From the human T2T-CHM13v2.0 reference genome, Homo sapiens, in NCBI RefSeq assembly GCF_009914755.1, contig NC_060947.1: DNA of 64,000 nt. The stretch is one strand, 5' to 3'. A program made the position numbers and the translations under genes. Under the pieces are notes generated by a model that did no database searches, was not told the DNA's origin, and saw only the letters and a program-made list of their open reading frames with translations. Every line of letters begins with the position of its first letter. Position 1 is the stretch's first letter. Positions 1 through 13,225 of this stretch are shown in pieces.

Positions 1-45
1 CCAGGGCTCCCAAGGGTCCAATTGTCACTCTGTTTTCCTCCCTAG

Positions 46-73
46 GGGAGGATACCGGACACTCGGAAACTGA
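46..73 (+). CDS. Last coding exon of a diverged FAM236-like paralog (gene or pseudogene; upstream exons lie outside the window)
   Basis: Bases 1-~230 align with 10271-~10510. Acceptor ttttcctccctag|G is at 45/46, followed by GGA GGA TAC CGG ACA CTC GGA AAC TGA = GGYRTLGN*, versus GGYRALGI* in the 10316 exon. Variant polyA signal AATACA at 161-166 replaces the other copy's AATAAA. Confidence 0.7.
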
Positions 74-1784
74 GACCACGGGGGCCGCAGACACAGAGCC
101 GTGAACGGTGACCACGCCCCTTCGGCTGCTCCATGCCCCTGCTCACCCCAGTGGGCCTGAAATACATACTGGCACACTTGACTCTTTTGGTGTTATGATA
201 TTTGATGTCCCTCTCCACATGAATATCCACCTCCTGTGATTTATGGTTTGCCTCTTTCGGTGAAGGTGGCAGGGAAGGGGGTCGCTGTGGAGAGAGAGTT
301 AGGCACGGGGTACCTAGCCAAATGGGTTACTGTCCTCGTACCTTGGAGCAGTACTGCATGTCCCCCAGTCACTTTTGCAATAGCACAATGGTTGATGGAC
401 AGTAAACATGCTACTGGTTTCAAACACTTCATATAGGGTGGCTGATGGGCACTGACTGAGTGATAGCCCTTGGGCCGGAGAGGAGGGCTGTAGGTTGAGG
501 GACAGGGAGGTGAGGTCAGAAGGAGAGAAGATGTCACAGAATCCACAGGAAAGGCTTCAGAGGCATTAAGTTATAATCTGACCACAACAACCCCCACCTC
601 AACCTTGGAGAGAGCCCCTCCAGCACATGGCCTCATATCCATCACCTCAGGTTGTTTGTCTCTTATTATGACACCGTGTCTCTTTGTAAGCTGCCCCTGA
701 TATATATTGCAAGAAAATAGCAGCAGTGGGAAGAGCTGAGTCTGGTGGATGCTTCCCAGAACTGGAAAAAGCCCAGGCTTCTCCGGGATGGCTCTGCTCC
801 TGGCTAAGGTTCTGCCATGGGAGTCCAGCCACCTGCAGTCCCGATCCCCACAGCCTAATGGAACCACTGGGTTCCTAGGAAACTCACAAGTTCACAATGC
901 CACCCCCCAGCTTGACGCATTTGGCTCTGAGACACGCCTGGGAAATGTGGAGTCCAGGGGTCCTGAGAGCCCCCTCCTTCTCTTCTGTTTTCTACTTTTA
1001 GAGTATTGTACTACTGAAATATTTCAAACCTACAGAAAAACAGAGAGAAGAATACAGCAGCCACCATCCCTACTTAAAAATGCTTTGCTATATGTGCTTC
1101 ACATCTCTCTCTGCTTTTGAGTTAAATACATTTTGGAGACACACAAACCATCCCCAATCTATACTCACTCCTCTCCTCCCTAGAGTAGGTCCCCCATCTT
1201 AGGCGTCTGAACACTTCTGGGTCTCCACGCAGCTTCAGAGCAGCTCCTTCTCTGGCATGGGTGCTCCCACGTTGCCTTAGAGATGTTTCTGTGATGCCTG
1301 CTGGAGAACTTGGGGGGATTCTACCCAGAATCCCAACCCAGAGGGTAAAAGCAAGAACATCTCTGCAGCTTTCACAGATAACTCTGGACCCAGCCCTCTC
1401 CCACCTGTACCCGTGTTCTCCTGAGGTGGGCCCTGTCTCAGTGGGAGAGCTGAGCCCTTCACCTCTGTTTTACCAGGAGAGGCCTGGAGCACCATCCTGG
1501 GTCCCAGTCCCACCCGAGTGATGGGTGTGTGCTTCAGTCACAGGGAGCAGGTCCCTTTTCAGCTGCTGTGACATCTCATGGGCTCAGTGGCCAGGAGTAG
1601 CTGGTAGGTTTGGGGAGGAAGGCAAGGCCAGGCAGACTCGAGTCCTGGGCCTGCTGGAAGAGAGGTGGGATCAGATAGATGCAGGCCACATAGCACAGTC
1701 CAAGGTGGCCCATCAACCATTTGCTCCGTCAAGGTGGTTGATACCCAAAGGGGCTCACTATACTGAGGTGGGTGCAGGAGCAGG

Positions 1785-2417
1785 TGTGGTGGGCAGCCTT
1801 CCAGAATGGCTTCCAAGGATCCCCCTTCCTGGCACCCATGCTCCTATGGAATTCCCTCCCCTTGAGGGTGGGCTGGACCTAGTGACTTGCTTCTAACCAA
1901 CAAAATTTGGCAAAGGTGATGGCGTGTCATTTCCATGCTTAGGCTATAACAAGACTGTGACTTCTGACCTGCTGGCATTCATTCTCTCCCTCAGGCTCTT
2001 CCTGCACGCGTGTTTGCCCAGATGGAGAAGGCCAGCTGGCGAGGAGCTGATGAAAGTCTCTGGCCAACAGCCATAGAGGAACTGAGGCCCTCAGGCCAGC
2101 GACCCACTAGAGCCTGCCAACAATCACATGAGTGAGCTTGGAAGTCTATCTTTCCCCAGCTGAGCCTACAGATGAGGAACTGGATCCTGCCAACAGCCGC
2201 ATGAGTGAGCTTGGAAGTCAATCCTTCCCCAGTCAGGCCTACAGATGAGACTGTTGTCCCTGGGCTGGCAGCCTTGTGAGAGACTGGGAAGTAGAGGATC
2301 CAGTTAAGCCATACCCGGATCCCTGATCTACAGAACTCTCAGAGAAAAACTGCTTATCATTTTAACTTGATATGCTTGGGGTAGTTTTTTATGCAGCAAT
2401 CAATAACAATTAAGACA
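1785..2417 (+). mobile_element. MaLR solo LTR (MLT1E/F-like)
   Basis: TG...CA ends, 5-bp TSD gcagg (1780-1784 and 2418-2422), MLT1 motifs (gtgagcttggaag, ggggtagtttttt...gcagcaat), and an internal ~73-bp tandem duplication at ~2113-2250. Confidence 0.8.
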
Positions 2418-2519
2418 GCAGGAATATCTGGGGGCTAGGGACTGGGTGCAAGACACAGAAGGCTCCATTAAGGCTGGGAGGGGTTCTCAGGTGCCAGGGT
2501 GGTGCATGGTGCGCCCACG

Positions 2520-2740
2520 TTTTAGTCAGACCTGGGGTCAAGTCCCAGCTTTGTCAGTAAATATCTGTGTGACCTTGGACAAGTATCTTGAAGTCTCCGG
2601 CTCCAGATTACACCCTGTAAAATTTGACTGACATTGAACTTGCAGGACCGTTGGAAAGATAAGTGTCAGCTTATGTAATCCACACGACAGAGTGTCTGAT
2701 GTGTATTAGGCCCTCAGTAAGTGGCAGCCATGAGTAGTAA
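2520..2740 (+). mobile_element. MIR SINE remnant
   Basis: MIR core: agtcagacctggggtcaagtccc...tgtgtgaccttggacaagt...ctgtaaaat. Confidence 0.65.
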
Positions 2741-2999
2741 TATAGTTGACCTGGGACCCTGCATCCTCCTCTTGGGAGCTCCCGGGTGACTCCGGGTCAT
2801 TCCAGTGCCAAAAAACAAAAACCAAAACCCAAAAACAGTGCAGGAAAAATATCTTCCTAGCAAGTAGGACAAAGGCGTCTGTTCTCCAGGAAGAGAGGCC
2901 CATCACAGTGGATACTTTTCCAAAAATTCTGGTGTGAGGGAGGCAGCCCCAGCAGGCTGCAGCTCATAGGCCATATCCCTTATGCAAAGGACCAAATGC

Positions 3000-3130
3000 T
3001 CTCCTCCCTCCCTCCCTCCCTAGATTCCTCTCTTCCTCCCTGCCCCCATCCATCCCTTCCTCCCTCCCTCCCTCCGTCACTCCCTTCCTCTCCCTCTCCT
3101 CACTTTCTCTCTCTCTCTGCCTTCCCCTCT
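3000..3130. repeat. CT-rich (CCCT/CCTT)n low-complexity tract
   Basis: Visible polypyrimidine run. Confidence 0.85.
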
Positions 3131-4636
3131 CGCCGAGGCCTGATTCCAATATCTTTACCCCACAATTCTGCCTCTTCACACTCATTTGACCCCTACTAGA
3201 AACCCAGCCCTTCTTTATGTCATCCTGGTTTTATTCTAGATGAACCCATATCAATGTCCTCATTATGCACTGTTTGCCAGCTTCCCCAGCCACACAGGAT
3301 GGTATCCGATCACTGGCTTCTAGGGAACAGCTTGGGTGGGCATCACTCTGACCTCACCATTGCGCTTTAGAGTTGGTGTGTTTAGAAGGCCCAGTGTATG
3401 CACTGTAGAAAACTGCACAGGGACGGGAGCCCAGGACTCATCCTGGACCAGCAATGGAGACTTCCTTCTATACCATCCAGATCCAAATGAGATGATTCTG
3501 TGAGAGCCCCTTTCTATCCAGGACATTGTCTCTCATCCCTCAGACTTTCCATCTGGACATCTCAACTCTGCTCCTCTCCTACAGCCTCGTCTCTCTCCAC
3601 AGCGTGGCTAAAATTTGCCTTCAGTACCCCCGAAAATAGCTGTTAATTCTGCCCTGCCTCAGGGCCTTTGCATTATGGCTCTCCTCTGGAGCCACCATTT
3701 CCTTGCTCAGCCTGTCACTTGTCCTTTTGATCTCTGATGTTCCTACCCTCAAAAAGAACACGTCCTTCTTCCCTTGGTAACATGTCTCCCCTCCACCATG
3801 CCAGTCCCAATCACAGTCTCCTCACTTGACTGTCTCACCATAGTGATACATTTTCTCTCTGTGTTACCTTGAGGAAGTTGCTATACCTTTCTGGGCTTCC
3901 ATTTCCCTATCTATATGATGAAATATTTGACTAACACACAAACATACTGTGTACTCTTCTCTATCATAGCATTTCTCATGCTAGACTGCCCCCTCTGGCA
4001 GCTTAATTTGCATGACTGTCCTCACCCAGGTTCTCATCTCTGGAGCATGAGCTCTGCCTTGTTAGTCCTGGAACAGCCAGTACCTGGACACAGGGCTTTA
4101 CCTACAGCACGGCACCAATAAACCTTTATTGAAGAAAACAAATCAATGAGCATGTGTCCACCAGAGCTTTGCTGTGCCTGGACTCTCTGATCTGGGATAA
4201 GGGTGAGAAGTATTCCTTTTATTTCCTCTAGCTTGGAGCCCAGAGCCTCCTGCTCAGCAGGAACCAGATGTTTTCAATGTCTGGACTCAGAGCTGTCTTC
4301 CTGGAGGTGCTGAGGCCTTTTCTCCAGTCCAGAAATGAATCTGGGCTGGCTGAATGTGGGTAGGGCAAGGGATATGAGACTGTGTGGGACACAGATATGG
4401 ATGAAGCTGCCACTGTAGCTTAAGAGGCTCAGGCCCAGGGGACAAGATTTGAGGCCACCTTGTTCCCTCCTTCCTTCCCTTGGGCTCAGAGGGAGGACCC
4501 TTGTCTGCAACGATACCACCGTCCAACCAATCCAGTGGGTTACGAGGGGCCATAACTTGGAAAACAGCAGTCAAAACCCAAGTAGTCATAGGGGATTTAA
4601 TAGAGCAGGGCTTGGTGTCAAGGGGACCTCACCTCT

Positions 4637-4639
<3 letters not shown>

Positions 4640-4704
<65 letters not shown>

Positions 4705-4739
4705 GAGACAGAGAGAGAGAAAGAGAGAGAGAGAGAGAG
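4640..4739. repeat. Compound (CA)n(GA)n microsatellite
   Basis: Visible dinucleotide repeats. Confidence 0.95.
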
Positions 4740-6019
4740 CGAACGCCAGCCTGGAGCCCCCTGTTCACCACCCACCAGAGGCTGATTCACACACCAACAC
4801 AGCCTCACACATTATATCCTCAGAGGCACAACACTGCTGCTGATTGGGACCTGGCTGCCATGAACCTCCTCAAGCTGTTTGCTGTGATGACCCATTTGCA
4901 CAGGCTCTTGATTTCTAGAACCTCTCAGGTTCAGGGGAAGACAGGTTTCATCTGTCAGTGTTAGTCACAGTGTCCTCCCTTCACTGTCTCACCATAGTGA
5001 TACATTTTCTCTCTGTGTTGAGCAAGTTGCTATACCTTCTTGAGCTTCCATTGCCCTATTGACATACTGAAATCTTTGGCTAAATGACCTCCAAATTCTT
5101 GTTCTTCTCACACATTTAGTGACCCCGTGGCTTAGGGGACTACTACATTCACAGCTACCTGCTGTGTCAGCCAGCTGCCTAGTTGCAAGTCCCCTGATGG
5201 CACTGCTGCCCTGGGGGCTATTATGCCTCCCATGAGCCCCATTGCAAGTATTTTCAGTATCCTCTAAGGATACCCTCACTACCCCCTAAGATACTGCATG
5301 ACACCATTGGCATCTCACCCTGCCTAAAATTGCTTCTTTTCATACCCCAGAGCTACAGAATGGGTGGGCAGCTGACTAGAGTCTCCCAGGCTAGGTCCTT
5401 AGGAGACTATATATATATGTATCACTATCTTATGTCCCATGACAGACTTCAGAAACTCTAGGCCAGGGCCTGGATGCAACCCAGAAGATCCTCAAGGGCT
5501 GGACCTTGGAACTCAGGCTAGCCCCTGATTGAGCACCCTCATTCTAGAGAACTGCAGCAGAGGAACTCAGAGTCTCCACTGGGACACACGTTTCTGATCC
5601 AGCACTGTTTCATGGTAGCCAACCTTGACTGCTACAAGTGCACAGAATAGAAACTGGGTCTGCTTATTTGCAGTTTCCAAAATCACCTCAGTGGCCTGGT
5701 CTTTGTGCTTCAAGTGCTGTTCCTCCTCTCCCTTTCCCTGTCTAATTTCTTTCCTCACGCCTTTCAGGCACCTAATCCTCTGGGAAACCTCCACTGACTC
5801 CATTAACATCCCCAAGGCTGAGTGGGTGCCCTGTCTGAGCCTTCTCATGGACCCCGAAACTTCCTCCTGTCACTCTCTGTTGTACTCTGTTGTGCCTTTC
5901 TCAGCCTCTCCCCACCCAGCCCACTGGAGGCGACATCTGAGTATGGGCTTGCAGGCATGACCAGCCCTGGACCTTCACAGATTCTGTAAGGAAGGCTTTG
6001 TCTCAAAACCTTTTATATA

Positions 6020-6700
6020 TCAACCACCAGATTAGCAAATAGTTAAAGGGATGAATAACATCAAGAGCGACGGTGAAGGACAATGAACACTATCCTACAC
6101 TGCTCCTGAGAGAATAAATTGCTGCCACCTCTTTTCAGATCCATTTATCAACGGTTACTCAGTGTTGAAATATTTGTAGGGTTTTGTGCCAAAATTCTAT
6201 TTATGTGTATCTCTTCTAGAGCGACACATCCTCTGCAAACAAAGATATTGGAAAAACTTTTGAGAACTTTAAAAGTTGAGGAAAAAAATGTGAAGGTCCT
6301 TGTGTATGGAAGTAGTTAAAGAATTATGGCATATCACTTAGAACACTATGCAGAAGTTAAAAATGATGAGACAGTTCTCCATGAACTGACAGGAGAAGTT
6401 CACCCAGACTTGCTGTAAAATGCAAAAATCAAGTGCCACACAATACGTGCATCCTGAGCCAGTCTGTATCTTATGGCCCCATAAAAGACAAGCGTATGTT
6501 TCTATTAGTGCATGTATGTGTATGTAAATGCATCGATTGAGGAATTTTTGAGGAAACACATTAAACCATTGCTGAGGGGGCTGGTGACGGAGAGGGGTGG
6601 ACAAGGGAGACTATTGTTTTGTCTGTATTGTTTTCATACACGAGGATTATTTGCATAAATAAGACAGTATTGTAAACAGGTGATATACCTGTACTTACTA
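6020..6700 (+). mobile_element. Old L1M 3' fragment
   Basis: Degenerate L1 ORF2-end/3'UTR motifs (accaccagattagcaaat..., aattatggcatat..., acactatgcagaagttaaaaatgatgag). Confidence 0.5.
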
Positions 6701-7299
6701 GGTCTTTAATAAAAAGAAACTGTTATTATTTGTCATAATAAGAATCACTTCGCCTCTTGCAGGAGCTTCTGCGAAACTTGCGTGCAAGTCAACGAAATTG
6801 TATTGAGATCCTCTCATGTACCCAGTGCTTTCACACATATAATTTACCTGTAATTTATCCAGTTCAATCTCAGGGCTGGCAAAATCCAGTTGACCCCTAC
6901 TCCCTGTAACAACCACTCCAAATTAAAAAATCAACTTTTTCTTGAATCCCTACACACTTGTTTAATCTCAGCTGAGGGAGACATGGTATAAAGCTACGAG
7001 GGGCTGACCTCGTAGCCTTTCTCGATATAAATCCCATCCATCCACAGGGTGGTGCGGGGCGGGTCTTATCACCATCACTCACAGCCCTTCCCTGACTCTT
7101 TGCAGAACTCTGGGTCCATTCAAGGCAGTTGCACAGAGGCAGCTTATTTTCTCAAAGGAGATTCAGAAAAAAAAAAGGAAATGTTACTGGGCGGGACAAC
7201 AGGGTTGTCCACCTCACCTGCCATCAGGCTTCGGGGACTGAGCAGCCTGGCCTCCTGGGCCAGCCCGGGACTCCTTTCTTTGAAAAACCGCTAGGTTGG

Positions 7300-7764
7300 T
7301 GTATTAGTCCGCTCGGGCTGCCATAACAAAATACCACAGGCTGGGTGACTTAAACAACAGACATTTATTTTCTCACAGTTCTGCCAGCTGGGAAGTCCAA
7401 GATCAAGGTGCTGGCCGATTTGGTTTCTGCTGAAGGCTCTCCTCATGGTTTGCCTCCTTCTTGCTAAGACGTCACATGGCCTTTCCTGGGTGCATGCAGT
7501 GCAGAGAAGAAGAGACCTCCCTGCTACCCAAATGTCCCTGCAGAAGCACAGTTGTCACTACCTCGAGATACTGACAGATACAATGAGCTCTGTGGCGTCT
7601 CTTCTCATAAAGACACTAATCCTGTAGGAGCAGGGCTCCACCCTTATGACCTCATTTAACCTTAATTGCCTCCTAAAGCCTCTAGCTCCAGATACAGTCC
7701 CATTAGGGGTCGGGGCTTCAATATATTAATTGCAGGGCGGGGGAACGCAATTCAGTCCACAGCA
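7300..7764 (-). mobile_element. MaLR solo LTR (MLT1A/B/C-like)
   Basis: tgtattagtc...gctgccataacaaaataccacag...aattcagtccacagca, with 5-bp TSD gttgg (7295-7299 and 7765-7769). Confidence 0.85.
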
Positions 7765-8170
7765 GTTGGCAAGGTTTTGTGTTGCGGACCCTCACTTTCT
7801 GGCGTTTCTGATTCCCTGCTGTTCAAATGTCCCTGCAGAATCACAGATGTCACTACCCTGACATACTGACAGATACAACTGGCCCCTCATCCTGCCTAAA
7901 GCCACCTACTACCACATCCCAGGGTTACTAATGAGGAGGTGAACTGGGTCTCCTAGCCCAGAGGCCCGGCTGATCGATGTCACTGCCTTAAGCGTCATCA
8001 TAGACGTCAGAAACCCTGGACCAGGCCCTGGGTGCACCCTGGAATAGCTTAAGAGGGCAGAACCTTGGGATGGTTCCCCAGGAGTGATTCCAGCCCCTGA
8101 GAAAACTCACTCAAAAACTGCAGCAGCAGGGGCTCAGGGACTCCGTGGGGCACGGTTTTCTCATCTTGTT

Positions 8171-8187
8171 CTGCCACCTGGTGGCAG
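8171..8187. promoter_or_regulatory. Candidate CTCF site (palindromic)
   Basis: CTGCCACC-T-GGTGGCAG. The minus strand reads TGCCACCAGGTGGCAG, matching the CTCF core CCACCAG(G/A)(G/T)GGC(A/G). Confidence 0.55.
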
Positions 8188-9261
8188 TTGGCTGCGTCTA
8201 CAAGGAAACAGGTGGAAGCTCCATAAAACCTGGGCCTTTCTTCCTGGGAATTTCCAGCAGTTTGGAACAACCTTCCTACTTAGAAAATGAGTTTCTTTAT
8301 ATGAGAATGAAAGTTGTGCTGGGAGATGACAGTGTAGTTACTTGGGTCTTCATTTCTATTCATTTTTTAAGTTAACAATTTAAACCTAGCTTTTATTAAG
8401 CATTTAAATACAACTTGCCGGTTTGGTCATTTTAATCACATAGCTAGTCATATACAACTATAAGAAACATTACTTTCACTTGTTCATTGGTTCATGTTCA
8501 ATTAACTCCTAAGTTTCAGTGGAGTGGTGTAGGAGAAAGCCTAACTGGAGTAGATTCAAGGAGAGAAAAGGGAGATAGGACAGACAATGAGACCTGCTCA
8601 CTTCTTGGAGGAGTTTCTAAGTATTTCACAACACTTGCCTGGAAATTCACAAGATTTTGAGGAGAATTTTTGTACACGTCAGAGGGAATTACGTATTTAC
8701 ATGAAAGCTAAGGGCTCTTTACCTCTGATTTGCACACGAATCCTATGAATCACAGGGCTGTCTGAAACCATTTGAACCCTCCTCTCTGCAGCATACGGTA
8801 CAAGTGACCGCTCAGGCTGTGTTTCAGCACCTCTAATGTTGCTAATCTCATTACCTTACAAAGCCAGCGATGGCCTGGCTGGTGGGAAGGACATCTTCGT
8901 GTGAGTCCCATCTGCAGCATCTGTGGTCTTGTTAACCTCTTTCCCGGCTCCTTCCCCTGACCTTGTCTCTCTGCAATTCTGGGTCCATCTAGAACTCTGG
9001 TGTGACACCCCAAGAGCAGATGTGATGGCTGAGGTCCAATCATAGGCTTTTAGTGGATATGTATTCAGGGGCAAACACATAATGCTGCATTTACCTCCAC
9101 ACTATGAAGATATACAGAGCCTTCAATACACATCGATTACTCATAAATGTCTACTTCTTAGGTATCAGGATCACTCTTACAATTTCATCTACAAGGTCCA
9201 ACTGTTAAATGTGAGAAAAACAGTGCACAGTAATGTGACAATAGTGTCCACATGAATGAAG

Positions 9262-9368
9262 TAGTTCCAGTTTCCCTGGGACTGAGAGCTTTCCCGGGAC
9301 AGGGGCCTTTAAGTTTTAAAACCGGAATGGTCCCACTCATGGCAAACTAGGACCATGTGTGACCTTGG
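9262..9368. mobile_element. Short hAT DNA transposon relic (MER81-like)
   Basis: tttccctgggactgag...tttcccgggac...aaaaccgg...ggcaaactaggac...gtgacc pattern with degenerate inverted ends. Confidence 0.5.
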
Positions 9369-9619
9369 CATGCAATGAACCATTCATGGCCAAATAAAAT
9401 GAGCTACCTGTAGAAGACCTCTACACATCATGTTCTCTCGAGGAGGACCCTCGGGGCTGTTCTGCTCAGCAAGCAGAAGCGTGACTCGAGCCTGCTGGGA
9501 GGGCCAGGAGGAAGAAACAAAGGAAAGAAAGATTGGAGGAGTGGGAGTAAGAAACACAGGAACAGACGGAATGTGACATACCAGAAATGTATCCCCTGCT
9601 GGAGCACAAGGCTGTAGGA

Positions 9620-9772
9620 GGGAGGGACGATGGGGCAGGGGCAGAGGGGCTGAATGGGGCGTGGAGGGGGCAGGCCCTCGGCCTCTTTGCACCCGGCAGA
9701 GTGACGAGCTTCGCCGGTGTCTTCAACGAAGTCCTGTCGGTCCCTACCGGCACATCACACACTCCTGGAAGC
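9620..9772 (+). promoter_or_regulatory. Putative FAM236 promoter/5'UTR
   Basis: GC-box-like ggggcagggg/ggggcgtgg runs, a TGACG CRE half-site near 9702, and local CpG enrichment just upstream of the ATG. Confidence 0.4.
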
Positions 9773-10343
<571 letters not shown>

Positions 10344-12699
10344 GACCACCGGAGCCACAGACACAGAGCCATGAACGGTGACCAAGCCCCTTCTGCTGCT
10401 CCATGCCCCTGCTCGCCGCAGTGTCCCAGTCACCAGGCCTGAAATAAATGCTGGCACGCTTGACTGTTTTTGCTTTGTGGCATTTGATGTAACTTTCAAC
10501 ACGTCGGGTGAAGTGGGGGTGGTCAGCTTTGGTGGTGGTGGGGTTGTGGAGGGAGAGAGCTAGCATCTTCCTGAGCCCTGTTAGGCTGTCCGCCCTCCTC
10601 CTCGAGGCAGCGCTGCTTGTTCCTGGGTCCTGGTGGCGATGGGCTGTGGCCAATCAATGGTGAGTTTTCCACAGCTGGCAGCTCGGACCCTGGTGAGGCA
10701 CTTACATGCAGGAATGACGACGGAATAACATCTCTCTTCCCCCAGCAATGCGCACGGTCTTCATATCGGAGGAAAACTGGGCAGTGTTTATATGCAGAGG
10801 CGGGAGGGTCATGTGGAGGAAGAATCTGTGGATCTCAGAAAAGGCATTAACCCCTAAACTGACAAAGAGCTCCCAGGCCCCCCTACCCCACCGCAAGAGA
10901 GAGAGCCCTTCCAACAGACGACCTCGTCTCCACCTACGCGTTGCTCGTTTTCATAAGAGGAGGGCTTCATTTTTTCTTTCTTTTGCCTTCCTGAGGTGAC
11001 CTTGATATGTGCTGCAACACAGTATCAGCAGGAGAATTCTACAAAGGGGGTTGGAGCATACTTGTTCCTTTAACCTGTTAGAAATTGCAACACAAGCAAT
11101 CACCAAGGTCAATGGAGAGACGGCGGGCCTTTCAGACACACAGTAATGGGTGGGAGGACCTCACAAAGGCCCACGTCAAATTACATTGATCTGTTCACTT
11201 TCTGAATGAGGAGCTGAGTCCCACGGGTGCTCCCAGAGTGGGGTCCTCAGCTTTGCAGGCTGGGCAGCTCTAGTGTCTCAGCATGCCCAGGGGACAGCAA
11301 CACTCTCGAGGACCCACTCCCACAGGAGGCTGACCCATCCTCCCTGCTGGCACATTCTCTTGCTTCTCTCTCATTAAGACTGAAATAAATCTGGAAGTGT
11401 TTGGTGGTTTTATGGGTCAATATCTTTTTACACCTCTTGAGAAAGATATTTAATCGGGATAGGGTTGGCTGTTGGAGATGGAGAGGAGCTTAAGACATAC
11501 ATACGTATCTGGACTCATGTATGTGGTTATAGTCATGGGACAGCATTGCTTCTTCCTAAGTACCTGTTAGGACTGTGACCTATAGACAATGCTTTTTCCA
11601 CAGGTATCTTGCTATGGCCTTGAGGAGGGCAATTCAGTGTAACAATGCAGAAAAAATATCATCTCTCCCTGCCCAAATGCATATACCCTTCATAACTGAC
11701 AATGTTTATTGGCTTCAAATGGAGAGCAGGCGGCTCGGGATTTTGAGGAAAGGCCTCAGATTGAGGTACACATAATCAGCTCCAACTATCCCCACCCCAA
11801 ACTAAGACAGAGCCCTTCCAAAACCCTTTCCCCATTCACCTCAGATTGCATGTTTTCACATTATGATACCCCCACCCCCACTGCACCACCCCACCACCAC
11901 CACCACCTCCAGCCTTTCCCTGACGCCAGCAGAGGAATGCAAGTGAGGGGTTACAGTGTAATATTCTCTGGATCCTACATATCCTAGGGTAGGCCCTGAG
12001 AGAACTGGTGCCAGGATCCCACAGTGTTTGTGACGAAGGGCACAAAAAGGCTTTGCAAGGCCAACGGGCAGGGATGTAAAACATGCATGTCAATCTCTAA
12101 GAACTGAAGATAATTTTAGGCTAGTTATTATGATCACTATACCCACCAGGACCATTCTAAGGCATGGAGAATACTGGTCCTTTGAAAACCACGCTGGTGC
12201 TGGCCACTGTAATTTTGGTAGGGTTTGGCCTTCATCAGATCCTTCCCTGCTCAGGAAACCTCCATAGCTTCCTGGGCCAGCCAAATCAGGTTTGAGCCAT
12301 CAAGGCTCTTCCTGGCTTCGCTCCAGGCTAGTCTAGACTTATCTCTCACCCCTACAAACAGTTTTCCCTCTGTATAAACAGGATAACTTATCCATTCTAA
12401 CATCTAGGCCTTTGTTTCTTAAAACAACAACAACAACTAACCGTAGTCATATAACCCACTGAGCTCTGTCTCTCCCAGGCTTCAGGGGCGAACATCTGCT
12501 CAGTAGCTTCTGGGAATCAGCTCCGGTGAGTGCAACACTTACCCCCTTGCCCATCACTCCTTACGGATGCTGAATGTAAAGCACCTGCTGTGTGCACTGT
12601 AGAAACTGCACAGGGACAGGAGGCCAGGACAGCTTCTAGGCATGCCACAGGTGGAGTCTTTTCTCTGGCTCATCCAAGAGCCAAGAGCAGCTGCTTTCC

Positions 12700-13225
12700 A
12701 AAGAGTCACTTTCCACTACACGTTTACTTTATTACTATTATTTTTTAATCTCTCAGCTGTGAAGTCCACCAACTGAGGATCCTGGCTCCTGTACAGGTCC
12801 CCACCCCCAGATCATCTCTCCCCAGTCTCCCCAAATTCTAACCTTCCAGTTCCACTGAAGAACATGGAATGCTCCCGATGCCCACAATACCCTGCCTCGG
12901 GGACACACTGCACTTACTACTCCTTCAGTGCTTCAGATCTCAGATGGCATCTCACTACAAGGAAGCCTTCCTTGTTCCCAGACATCCACCACCCAGGGTT
13001 AAGTGTCTCTCCTCCGGGCTCCCATACCACCTGGTCCTTATCCTCATCCCGGCAATTAATACATCAAACTGCCACATCTGGCTGATTTACTTACATGACA
13101 GCCCCATCTAGACTCTCAGATGTGGGGCAGAGGCTGAGTCTGGTGCATTCCTCTATCTCCAGCGCCCGGCACAGTGCCTCACATATAGTAGGTAGTCAGT
13201 AAATGTATGTTGAATAAATGAGTCG
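12700..13225 (+). mobile_element. L2 3' remnant
   Basis: L2 terminal motif cagcgcccggcacagtgcct...atagtaggtagtcagtaaatgtatgttgaataaatga. Confidence 0.65.

Noticed and set aside
4449-4964. 171-aa ORF with HT/ER repeats
   Set aside because: Translation of the (CA)n(GA)n microsatellite.
10600-11150. Possible extra exons or promoter downstream of FAM236 (CCAAT near 10650, ATG|GTGAGT near 10657)
   Set aside because: Could not build a coherent spliced ORF or recognise homology.
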